This document shows, one piece after another, positions 21,917 through 30,950 of a DNA stretch of 64,000 nucleotides. The notes under the pieces are model-generated. The model was given only the letters and a program-made list of their open reading frames with translations. It was not told the origin of the DNA and ran no database searches. The position numbers and the translations under genes were made by a program. The first letter of the stretch is position 1. Each line of letters opens with the position of its first letter. Source of the stretch: an uncultured beta proteobacterium (GTDB lineage Bacteria; Pseudomonadota; Gammaproteobacteria; Burkholderiales; SG8-41); the NCBI GenBank assembly GCA_963778865.1, contig CAVZWF010000007.1, positions 70,086 through 134,085 on the forward strand, read 5' to 3'.

Positions 21917-22019
21917 CCACAGAGGGCACAGAGGGCACAGAGGAAAATCAAGCTCTTCTCTTATAGAGCTGAAGTTTGGATTTTGGCATTTCTCTGCGTT
22001 CATCGGTGTCCATCTGCGG
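21917..22019. repeat. MITE-like intergenic element, family B: ~31-bp imperfect terminal inverted repeats built from 9-10-nt periodic units, flanking a ~41-bp core
   Basis: The left arm is CCACAGAGGGCACAGAGGGCACAGAGGAAAA (21917-21947). The right arm is TTTCTCTGCGTTCATCGGTGTCCATCTGCGG (21989-22019). The core contains AGCTCT..AGAGCT. A related copy lies at 47494-47522. Confidence 0.75.
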
Positions 22020-22036
22020 TCACATACGTTTTTGAA

Positions 22037-23006
22037 TCAATCCGCTTTCGCGCCGGAGTCCTTCACCGCCTTGCCCCACTTGGCGATTTCGGATTTCATG
22101 AACGCGGCGAATTGCGCGCGCGTGTCGCCCACCGGCGTGAAGGCGAGTGTCGCGAGACGTTCCTTGACGTCCGGCTCGTTGATGATCTTCACCATCTCGG
22201 CATTCAACTTGTCGAGTATCGCGGTCGGGCGTTTTCGCGGGGGCCGCGATGCCGATCCAGCCGACGGCTTCGAATCCCGCATAGCCGGACTCCGCAATGG
22301 TCGGCAGGTCGGGCAGGAACTGCGAGCGCTTGAGCGTCGCGATGCCGAGCCCGCGCAAGCGGCCCGACTTGATCTGTGGCATCGTCGCCGGTATCGCGTC
22401 GAACATGACCGGGATCTGGCCGCCGATCAATTGCGTGTGCGCCTCGGCGCTGCCCTTGAACGGCACGTGGTTGATCTTGATGTCGGCGGCGAAGCGGAAC
22501 ATCTCCATCGTCAGGTGGCTCGTCGAGCCGTTGCCGAGCGACGCGAAATTGATCTGGCCCGGCTTGTCCTTCGCGGCGGCGACGAAGTCCTTCACGCTCT
22601 TGAAGGCGCCCGCGGGATTCGTCACCAGCGTCTGCGGCGTCAGGCCGAGTGTCGAGATCGGCGCGAAATCCCGGATCACGTCGTAACTCGTGTTCGGATA
22701 CAACGTCGGGTTGATGCCGAACGCGGAGGACACCGCCATCGTCAGCGTGTAGCCGTCGGGATTCGCTTTCGCGCCCATCTCGGTGCCGACCACGCCGCCC
22801 GCGCCGGGCCGGTTGTCGACGATGACCTGCTGGTTCCAGTCCTGGCTCATCTTCGCGGCGACGACGCGCGCGAGGATGTCGGTCGAAGAGCCGGGCGTGA
22901 ACTGCGCGATGATGCGGATCGGTTTCGCGGGATATTCGCTCGCGATGGCGGTGGCCGCAGTCGCGAGCATGGCGATGACAACGGCAAGGGCGGGGCGCAG
23001 CTTCAT
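22037..23006 (-). pseudogene. Bug/TctC-family receptor 3; one frame change near 22230
   Basis: ORF 22020-23006 reads MKLRPALAVVIAMLATAATAIASEYPAKPIRIIAQFTPGSSTDILARVVAAKM..HVPFKGSAEAHTQLIGGQ..IAAPAKTP. It then shifts to ORF 22037-22297, ..AILDKLNAEMVKIINEPDVKERLATLAFTPVGDTRAQFAAFMKSEIAKWGKAVKDSGAKAD. Confidence 0.8.
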
Positions 23007-23037
23007 GGGGGTTCCTCCGGCGGTGGGTAATTATAAG

Positions 23038-23340
23038 GTGAAGTTGCTGTCGTGGCGCCGCGACGAAGAGCGCGTTGTCGAATTGTGCGCGCGCGGCGAC
23101 TTCCGGCCGTCGCGCTGGTTGCGTGCCGGCGATCCGTACCTGCTTGCCGGCGTGGCTGCGATGCTGGCTTCGCAGGAGGGCTTCGAGCGCATGCGCATGT
23201 TGTCGCTTGCCGAGCGTCTGCACCCGGGGATGAGCACGCCCGCTGAATTCGGGCGCTGGCTCGGGAACTCGCCCGTGCAGGCGGCGCGCCTTCTGCCGTT
23301 GTTGCGACAGCGTATGAGCAGGGCGCGCGGGCGCCGGTGA
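23038..23340 (+). CDS. Hypothetical 100-aa protein, possible antitoxin-like partner of the adjacent nucleotidyltransferase fragment
   Basis: GTG at 23038 opens VKLLSWRRDEERVVELCARGDFRPSRWLRAGDPYLLAGVAAMLASQEGFERMRMLSLAERLHPGMSTPAEF... Its stop overlaps the next start (GTGATG). Its orientation is opposite to all flanking genes. I recognise no family. Confidence 0.35.
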   Translation: MKLLSWRRDEERVVELCARGDFRPSRWLRAGDPYLLAGVAAMLASQEGFERMRMLSLAERLHPGMSTPAEFGRWLGNSPVQAARLLPLLRQRMSRARGRR

Positions 23341-23756
23341 TGGCGGCGTCGCGCCATTCGCCGACGGCGCTGCGGCCCGACGCCGAATATCAGAAGGCAT
23401 TCGCGCAGATCATGTCGCGCATCGAACACGCGCTGGGACCGAAACGGCCGGCGAAACCGGTCGTTGCCTGTGTCGCCGGCGGTGCCGCCATGCACTTTTA
23501 TACCGGTGGGCGCTTTACGAATGACATCGACGCCAAAATCATGGCGCGCGTGATGCTGGATGCACGAGACCTGCAGGCAGCGTACCGCGGCGAAGATGGT
23601 CATGCGCGGCTGTTGTATTTCGATATGTAATACAACGACAGTTTTGCACTGCTGCATCATGATGCCTACGACGATGCCTTCGGGATCAGGTTTTACAATC
23701 TCCCAATGCTTGTATTCCTCACGCGCGAATTTCAAACACCGCATCGACGACTATAG
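23337..23756 (+). pseudogene. AbiEii/DUF1814-like nucleotidyltransferase remnant: in-frame TAA and 3' truncation
   Basis: ..KPVVACVAGGAAMHFYTGGRFTNDIDAKI.. is the NTase G-G..D-x-D motif region. It continues ..LLYFDM, then TAA (23628-23630), then in the same frame YNDSFALLHHDAYDDAFGIRFYN... It ends after about 135 codons, where it runs into the 3' end of the convergent RidA gene. There is a local AT-rich patch at 23620-23720. Confidence 0.5.
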
Positions 23757-24199
23757 GCACATTGAAGCGCAGCCCGCTGACACCCATCACCGTGCGCACA
23801 TGTTTGCCCGCATCGCCCAGTACTTCGACCATCAGATCCGAGCAGCCGTCGAGCACTTTCGGGAATTCGAAGAAATCGGGCGCCGCGCTGATATAGCCGC
23901 ATACGCGCACGCCTTTGACCACGCGCGACCAGTCGCCTTTGCACGCAGCCTTGACCTGCGCGAGCACGTTGATGGCGCATAGCCGCGCGGCGGCATGCGC
24001 GTCCTGCGGCGTAACTTCCTCGCCGACACGTCCGACGTAATCGTACTTGCCGTCGCGGATCGGCGCCTGGCCCGCGATCCACAACTGGTTGCCGGTGATC
24101 GTCCACGGCAGATAGTTCGCCGCGGGTGGAGGTGCCGATGGCAGGACGATGTTGAGCGCGGCGAGACGTTCTTCAATCGTCTTTCGTTCGGCTGTTCAT
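23719..24199 (-). pseudogene. RidA/YjgF-family protein; ATG (24197-24199) is out of frame with the body (indel in the first ~8 codons)
   Basis: The body frame gives ..TIEERLAALNIVLPSAPPPAANYLPWTITGNQLWIAGQAPIRDGKYDYVGRVGEEVTPQDAHAAARLCAINVLAQ..VRVCGYISAAPDFFEFPKVLDGCSDLMVEVLG..GLRFNVPIVVDAVFEIRA (ORF 23719-24084). The only ATG (MNSRTK..) is shifted by one. Confidence 0.7.
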
Positions 24200-24240
24200 A
24201 TTTGAGTCACTGTGAGAATGTAGTTCAATGAATTGATGCG

Positions 24241-24283
24241 CGCCCCTCACCCCGCCCTCTCCCCGCAAGCGGGGAGAGGGTAA
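24241..24283 (+). repeat. REP-like palindromic element, family A
   Basis: GCCCCTCACCCCGCCCTCTCCCCGCAAGCGGGGAGAGGGTAAT, with the perfect hairpin CCCTCTCCCC/GGGGAGAGGG. It lies between the CitE-like and RidA genes. Confidence 0.85.
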
Positions 24284-24332
24284 TTAAGTCGTCTGTTCGC
24301 TTCAGTCTGCGACCCTATGCACCCATCACTCA

Positions 24333-25250
24333 TCACCCTTTCGCTGCAGCGAGCGTCTTCGCTTCGCGCGCCTTGATCGCGTCATAGCGCTTGATGAGCT
24401 TTTGCGCGCGCACGACGACCGGAATGTCGATCATCTTGCCGTCGAGCGACCACGAGCCGCGACCGGTGGCGGCGGCTTCCGCGTCGAGCTTGATCACCTT
24501 GCGCGCGAACTCGACTTCGTCGGCGGTCGGCGTGTATTCCTCGTTGACGATGGTGACCTGCCCGGGATGGATGCAGCCGGCGCCCATGAAGCCGAAGTCG
24601 CGCGAGCGGCGCACCATCTGGCGGAATTTGTCCCAGTCGCCGAAGCCCGCGATGCTGTCGACGAAGCCGATCGGCATGATGCCGGCGGAATTGGCGGCGA
24701 ATATCATGTGCTGCTTGGGATAGAACAGCGCTTCGCCGGTGGGCTGCATGTTGTTGTCGAGCGCGAAGTCTTCGCCGCCGATGCAGGTCGCGACGATGCG
24801 TTCGCTCGCGCGCACGATCTCGTGGATGCGGAAGAACGCATCGGCGGTTTCCACCATGGTGATGAATTTGGTGTGGCCGACGGCCATGCCGCGCTTTTCT
24901 TCGAGTTCGGTAACGAGTTCGTCGAGCAGCTTGACGTGCGAAGCGCTGTCGACCTTGGTGCAGGCGATGGCGTTCACATCAGGACAGATCGCATGCTCGA
25001 GGTCGCGCACCGCGAGCGACAGCGGGCGGTTGATGCGCACGACGACGTCGGCGCCGCCGCGGCGCACTTTTTTGGCCGCCGCCTCGATCAGCGTGCGCGC
25101 CTTGTCTTTTTCCGCGGGCGGCACGCTGTCTTCGACGTCGAGCTGGATCACGTCGGCGCCGCGCGTGTGCGCCTTGTCGACGTACTTGTCGACGTTGACC
25201 GGCACGTACATGAGCGAGCGCCAGACGGGTAGTTCGCGATCGGTCGTCAT
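24333..25250 (-). CDS. HpcH/HpaI aldolase / citrate lyase beta (CitE)-like acyl-CoA lyase (citramalyl-/malyl-CoA lyase-like)
   Basis: Intact ORF (the track starts at 25283; MTTDRELPVWRSLMYVPVN.. at 25250 is more likely). It reads ..GADVIQLDVEDSVPPAEKDKAR..VVVRINRP..ITMVETADAF..CIGGEDFALD... It ends with a double stop, TGATGA. Confidence 0.75.
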   Translation of the reverse strand: MTTDRELPVWRSLMYVPVNVDKYVDKAHTRGADVIQLDVEDSVPPAEKDKARTLIEAAAKKVRRGGADVVVRINRPLSLAVRDLEHAICPDVNAIACTKVDSASHVKLLDELVTELEEKRGMAVGHTKFITMVETADAFFRIHEIVRASERIVATCIGGEDFALDNNMQPTGEALFYPKQHMIFAANSAGIMPIGFVDSIAGFGDWDKFRQMVRRSRDFGFMGAGCIHPGQVTIVNEEYTPTADEVEFARKVIKLDAEAAATGRGSWSLDGKMIDIPVVVRAQKLIKRYDAIKAREAKTLAAAKG

Positions 25251-25345
25251 TCGACTTCCTTTTTGGTTGGGAGCCGCCTGCACGCGTTGCCGGCAGCTTT
25301 GGACAAGTCGGTGCCTGAATCGAGTATTTTACGGGTTGCGGGTTT

Positions 25346-26362
25346 TCACCCGAGGGATGCCTCGTTCTCCAACGGCCTGCCGTTCAAATAAGCGTCGAGA
25401 TTGCGCAGAAAAATTTCCACCCCGCGCGCATAGGTGCCGTTCGATGCGCCGGCATTGTGCGGCGAGATCAATACGTTGGGCAGGCGCCACAGCGGCGAAG
25501 CGCGCGCCAGCGGTTCCTGCACGAACACGTCCAGATAGGCGCAGCGCAGCCGGCCGTTGCTCAACGCAGCAGTCAGCGCCGCTTCATCGACGATTTCGCC
25601 GCGCGCGATATTGACGAACCCCGCCGTGTGCGGCAGCAACGCAAGCCGCCGCGCGTCTATCATGCCGCGGGTTTCCGCCGACAGCGGGCAAGCGATTATC
25701 AGCCAGCCGCACTTCGGCAGTTGCGCGTCGAGTGCGGACGGCGCCAGTACTTCGTCGAAGTGCGGCGCCGGTGCGGCGTGCCGCCGGATGCCGACGGTTT
25801 TCATGCCGAGCACCTGCAGCACGCGTGCTATGGTGCTGCCGATCAGTCCCGCGCCGACGATGACCGCGGTCTGGCCGCGCAAATCAGGCGGCACGTCCGC
25901 GGCGCGCAGCGGCGCCCATTCGCCGCGCTGCTGGGCGGCCACCCAATGCGGCAGGCAACGCGAAAGCGCCAGCAATCCGGTTACCGCGGCATTGGCGACC
26001 GGCTCGGTTTGCGCGCCGGCGCCGGTGGTCACGCGCACGCCGCGCTGCATCGCCTCTTGATACTGCGGTTGATCGGTGCCCGACGAAAACACGGGTATCC
26101 ACTGCATATTGGGCGCGCGCTCGGCGATATCCCAGAAGACGCGCCCGGCGGGACTGACCGCGCTTTTCGACGTGCCCTCCCAGATGTCGCGCGAATAGTA
26201 TGCCGCTGCGATAGACTCAAGCCGTGCCGGGGCAACCTGCACGGTCGGCGTAAATGGCAGTAGTTCGAGTTGCCGCGGCGCGGCGCTCAGGATATCGTTG
26301 AGGCGCGCACCGAACTCGGCGACGATTTTCTGCGAAATAAGTAATGCCGGTTTCATGAACAA
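25346..26362 (-). CDS. D-isomer-specific 2-hydroxyacid dehydrogenase family protein (paralog A)
   Basis: Intact 338-aa ORF reading ..LRGQTAVIVGAGLIGSTIARVLQVLGMKTVGIRR..GFVNIARGEIVDEAALTAALSNGRLRCAYLDVFVQEPL..LPNVLISPHNAG... Confidence 0.8.
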   Translation of the reverse strand: MFMKPALLISQKIVAEFGARLNDILSAAPRQLELLPFTPTVQVAPARLESIAAAYYSRDIWEGTSKSAVSPAGRVFWDIAERAPNMQWIPVFSSGTDQPQYQEAMQRGVRVTTGAGAQTEPVANAAVTGLLALSRCLPHWVAAQQRGEWAPLRAADVPPDLRGQTAVIVGAGLIGSTIARVLQVLGMKTVGIRRHAAPAPHFDEVLAPSALDAQLPKCGWLIIACPLSAETRGMIDARRLALLPHTAGFVNIARGEIVDEAALTAALSNGRLRCAYLDVFVQEPLARASPLWRLPNVLISPHNAGASNGTYARGVEIFLRNLDAYLNGRPLENEASLG

Positions 26363-26518
26363 ATCAAAAAAATGGCGTGCGTTCGAGCTTACACGGCTGC
26401 CGGGGCTTAGTCATCACCCCGCAGCAGATGACGGCGGCGAAGTGGACGCGTCGAATTGAAGGCGACCGCGCGGCAATACATTCGCTTTCCGGTCTTGCCG
26501 CGATCGATAGGAGGAGAG

Positions 26519-27518
26519 ATGGCAACCATACGCGTATTCGGGAATTCCGTTGCCGCGGGCATCGCGGTATTTTCGACGGTGGTGTATGCGCAGACCACGC
26601 CGGTTGATCCGGCGCAGGCCTATCCCGCGAGATCCATCCGCTTCATCGCGCCGTACCCGGCGGGCGGCACTTCCGACATTCTGGGCCGGATGATCGGTCA
26701 GAAGTTGACCGAGAAGTGGGGACAGCAAATCGTCATCGAAGCGCGGCCGGGCGCAGCCGGCCTGATCGGCACCGAAGCCGTCGTGCGCGCGCAACCGGAC
26801 GGCTATACCTTGCTGGTGACGGATATGGGCTCGGTGCTGATCTCTTATCTTGCGCAGGCCAAGCCGGCATTCGACTACCTGCGCGATCTGACACCGGTCA
26901 TGGCGCTCACGTTTTCGCCGCACGTGTTATGCAGCCATCCGAGCCTGCCGGTGGCGAACGTCAAGGAACTCATCGCGCTCGCGAAGCGGCGTCCGGGCGA
27001 ACTCAATTTCGCGGCCTCGCTGGCGGGCGCGCCGCTATTGGCGGGTATCGATTTCGCGAGCCGCGCCGGCATCCGCTGGACTTACATCACGGGGCGCGGC
27101 GGCATGCAAACGATCATGGACGTGGTGTCCGGGCAGGCGGACGTCATGTTCAACGGCATGCTCCCGGTCATGCCGCAAGTCCAGAGCGGCAGATTGCGGC
27201 TGCTTGCCGTCACCAGCGAAGCGCGCCTGCCCACGCTGCCGGACACACCGACCGTGGCCGAACTCGGCATGCCGGGTTTTCTGACCGGTTCGTGGCAGGG
27301 ACTGCTCGCGCCGGCCGGCTACTCCGCCGGAGATCCTATCCAAGCTGCATGTCGAAATCAGCCGCATTCTGGCGCTGACCGACATCAAGGCAAAACTGGC
27401 GGTTCAGGGCACTACTCCGCTGAGCACCTCGCCTGCAGATACCGCCAATGCGTTGCGGGCCGAACGGGACCGGGTCGCTAAGCTCCTGCGTGAAACCACC
27501 TACAAATTCGGACAGTGA
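26519..27518 (+). pseudogene. Bug/TctC-family receptor 4; one frame change near 27320
   Basis: MATIRVFGNSVAAGIAVFSTVVYAQT..YPARSIRFIAPYPAGGTSDILGRMIGQKLTEKWGQQIVIEARPGAAG.. lies inside ORF 26456-27481. It then shifts to ..PPEILSKLHVEISRILALTDIKAKLAVQGTTPLSTSPADTANALRAERDRVAKLLRETTYKFGQ, ending at TGA 27516-27518. Confidence 0.8.
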
Positions 27519-27571
27519 CACCGCACGTCACGTGAGGATACGGTTGCCGCGGAGCAACCTTCGTGCGGGCG

Positions 27572-28830
27572 CTAGGCCTTTTTCTTCGCGACGGATGCTG
27601 CTTGTTCACACGCGATGCCTGCCGCCAATAGCCGGGCATAAGCCGCGTCATCGATGCCGAGTTCCGCGAGCAGCGCGCGGTTGTGTTCGCCGATTTGCGG
27701 CGCGGGCGTGCGGATCGCGCCCGGCGTGCCCGACAGGCGCGGCACGACGTGGTGCATCGGGAATTCGCCCATGTCGGCGATCGGGATAATCGGCGACGAG
27801 TTCGCGTTCGATCACGTGCGGGTCCTCGACGATTTGCGAGATGTCGTAGATCGGGCCGATGGTGACTTCGGCTTTCTCGAAGTACGCGACGTTCTCCGCC
27901 TGCGTGCGCGCGGCGACGAACGCGCCGATGATGACATCGAGCTCTTCCGCATATTTCACGCGGCCGGCATTGGTTTTGTAGCGCGGATTGTCGATGAGAT
28001 CGGGCCGGCCGATCGAGCTGAACACGCGCTCGGCCATTTTCTGGATCGACGCCGACAGGCCCACGTACTTGCCGTCCTTGCAGCGGTACACGTTGCGCGG
28101 CGCCGCGTTGGTCGAGCGGCTGCCGGTGCGCGGCTTCAGTTTGCCGGTGAGCCGGTAGTTGGCGGCCTGCGGCCCCAGCACCGCGAACACCGGATCGAGC
28201 AGCGGCAGGTCGATCACCTGGCCCGCGCCGCCGTTGTGCTCGACTTCGCGCAGCGCGATCATCACGCCCGTCGCGCCGTAAAGCCCGGCGTAAGAGTCCG
28301 CCATGTACATGGGCGGCAATACCGGTTCGCGATCGGCGAATCCGTTGATGGCGGCGAAGCCCGACATGCCTTCGACCAGCGTGCCGAAACCCGGCCGCCG
28401 CTTGTACGGCCCGGTCTGGCCCCAGCCGGAAATGCGCACGATGATGAGCCTGGGATTTTTCGCGAGCAGCACGTCCGGACCCAGTCCCATTTCCTCGAGC
28501 GTGCCGGGGCGGAAGCTCTCGACGAACACCGCGGCCGCCGGCAGCATGTTGAGCAGAATGTCGCGCGCTTCAGGCTTGCGCAATTCGAGGCCCAGGCTTT
28601 TCTTGTTGCGCGCGTAGATTTTCCAGTTGGTCGTTACACCGTTGGTCTGCCACGCGCGCAGCGTGTCGCCGGCGGGCGGCTCGATCTTGATGACTTCCGC
28701 GCCGAAATCGGCGAGCACTTGCGTTAACGTGTTGCCGGCGACCAGGCGCGACATGTCGAGCACGCGCACGCCGTTCAAGCGCGCCCTTGGCGCCGGGTTG
28801 AAACGATTTTTTGTGCAGCGCGCTTGTCAT
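27572..28830 (-). pseudogene. Family III (CaiB/BaiF) CoA-transferase 2; frame changes near 28785 and 27775
   Basis: ATG at 28828-30 (MTSALHKKSFQPGAKGAL..) overlaps the upstream Bug stop (ATGA). The body is ORF 27648-28778, ..NGVRVLDMSRLVAGNTLTQVLADFGAEVIKIEPPAGD... The C-terminus is ORF 27572-27772, ..FPMHHVVPRLSGTPGAIRTPAPQIGEHNRALLAELGIDD... Confidence 0.8.
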
Positions 28831-29789
28831 TCGGGCTTGATGTTGGCGGCTTTGATGACTTTGCTCCACTTGGCGATTTCGTTTTTCACTATGGTGTTGA
28901 AACCGTCGGGCGTGGTCGGCGCGGCGACGGCGCCGAAATCGGCGAAGCGCTTTTTCATCTCGTCGGTCGTCATCGTCTTGTGGATTTCGCGTGTTGAGGC
29001 GGTCGATGACGGCTTTCGGCGTCTTGGCGCGCCGTAAATACGCCCCACCACAAATCGTTGTCGTAGCCGGGCAGCGTTTCGGCGATCGCCGGCAGGTTCG
29101 GCAGGAATGACGAGCGCTTGGGACTGCTGACGCCGATGGCGCGCAGACGTCCCGACTGCATTTGCGCTTCGACCGCCGTCAGGCTCACCAGCAGCACCTG
29201 CACCTGGCCCGCCATCAGGTCGGTGATCGCCGGCGCCATGCCCTTGTGCGGCACGTGCACCATGTCGATCTTCGCCATCGACTTCAGCACTTCGACGCCG
29301 AAGTGATTGATGCCGCCGATGCCCGACGAGGTGTAGTTGAGCTCGCCCGGCCGCGCGCGCGCGATCGCGATCAATTCCTTGACGGTCTTCGCCGGCACCG
29401 AGGGATGCACCACCAGCACCATCGGCCCGCGCGCGATCATCGTGATGCCGGTGAGATCGTTGATCGGATCGAACGGCAGCTTCGCCATCAACGCAGCACC
29501 CGTGGTGTAGGTGGTGGACGTCATGTAGAGCGTGTTGCCGTCGGGCGGCGCTTTCGCCGTGAGGTCGGCGGCGATCATCTGCGAGGCGCCGGGACGGTTG
29601 TCGACGATCACCGGTCTGGCCGAGCGCTTCCGAGAGACGCTGGCTGATGGCGCGCGCGAAAATATCGTTGCTGCCGCCCGCCGGCGCCCCCACCAGGAAG
29701 CGCACGGGCTTGGTTGTAGGCTGGGCGGCGACCTGCGGCGCGGAGAACGCGAGCGCCGCGGCGCACACCAGTCGAAACGCTGATTGCAT
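28827..29789 (-). pseudogene. Bug/TctC-family receptor 5; about 3 frame changes
   Basis: MQSAFRLVCAAALAFSAPQVAAQPTTKPVRFLVGAPAGGSNDIFARAISQRLSEALGQ has its ATG at 29787-89. The next piece is ORF 28970-29851, ..PVIVDNRPGASQMIAADL..HVPHKGMAPAITDLMAGQ... The tail is ..EIHKTMTTDEMKKRFADFGAVAAPTTPDGFNTIVKNEIAKWSKVIKAANIKPE. Confidence 0.8.
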
Positions 29790-29985
29790 TGCTGCTCCTG
29801 TGGTTGGTGCGGGGCGGTGAAGCCGGGGAGCAAAAACATAACAGCATTCATGCGAGGGGTGCAATCCGCGCGCCGTCGCTTTCCCGCGGCGCGCCGCGTG
29901 CGCTAAAATGACGCCTGTCATCGCCTGCCGCCTGGCTATGTGCACGACGCGGCAGGTTCTCCCACCCGACCCAGGAGCAGCCATC

Positions 29986-30901
29986 ATGACCGATCTTTCT
30001 TCAGGCGCGCCGCAACTCGCCTCCGCGGGCGCGCGCTTTCGCGCCGCCGTCGCCGCCGAAAAACCATTGCAGATCGCGGGCACCATCAACGCCTATCACG
30101 CACGCATGGCGGAGCGCGTCGGCTTCAAGGCGATTTACCTGTCGGGCGGAGGTGTGGCCGCGGGCTCGCTGGGCCTGCCCGATCTCGGCATCAGCAATCT
30201 CGACGACGTGCTGACCGACATCCGCCGCATCACCGACGTGTGCTACGCTGCCGCTGCTGGTCGACGTCGACACCGGCTTCGGTTCGAGTGCGTTCAACGT
30301 CGCGCGCACCGTCAAATCGCTGATCAAGTTCGGCGCCGCGGCGATGCATATCGAAGACCAGGTGGGCGCGAAGCGCTGCGGCCACCGGCCGAACAAGGAA
30401 CTCGTGACGCAGCAGGAAATGGTCGACCGCATCAAGGCGGCGGCCGATGCCAAGACCGACCGCGAATTCGTGGTGATGGCGCGCACCGACGCGCTCGCGG
30501 TGGAAGGCCTGCAGGCGGCGATCGACCGCGCCTGCGCGTGCGTCGAGGCGGGCGCCGACATGATATTCCCCGAGGCGATTACCGAGCTTGCGATGTACAA
30601 AAAATTCGCCGACGCGGTGAAAGTGCCGATTCTTGCCAACATCACCGAGTTCGGCGCGACCCCGCTCTTCACCACCGAAGAACTGAAAAGCGCCAACGTC
30701 GCGATGGCGCTGTATCCGTTGACGGCGTTTCGCGCGATGAACGCGGCGGCGTTGAAGGTGTTCCAGACGCTGCGCAAGGAAGGCACGCAGAAGAACGTCA
30801 TCGATACGATGCAGACGCGCAACGATCTCTACGATTATCTCGGTTATCACGCGTACGAGCAGAAGCTCGACAAGTTGTTCGCGCAGGGCAAGAAAAAATA
30901 G
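29986..30901 (+). pseudogene. prpB: Methylisocitrate lyase / PEP-mutase-isocitrate-lyase superfamily (PrpB-like); one frame change near 30245
   Basis: [86 protein letters not shown].. shifts to ..[51 protein letters not shown].. (ORF 30344-30901). Confidence 0.75.
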
Positions 30902-30950
30902 CCGCACGACCGGGCGCGCGCGCGGCGTGTACCGCTCGAGGGAGATCCGC

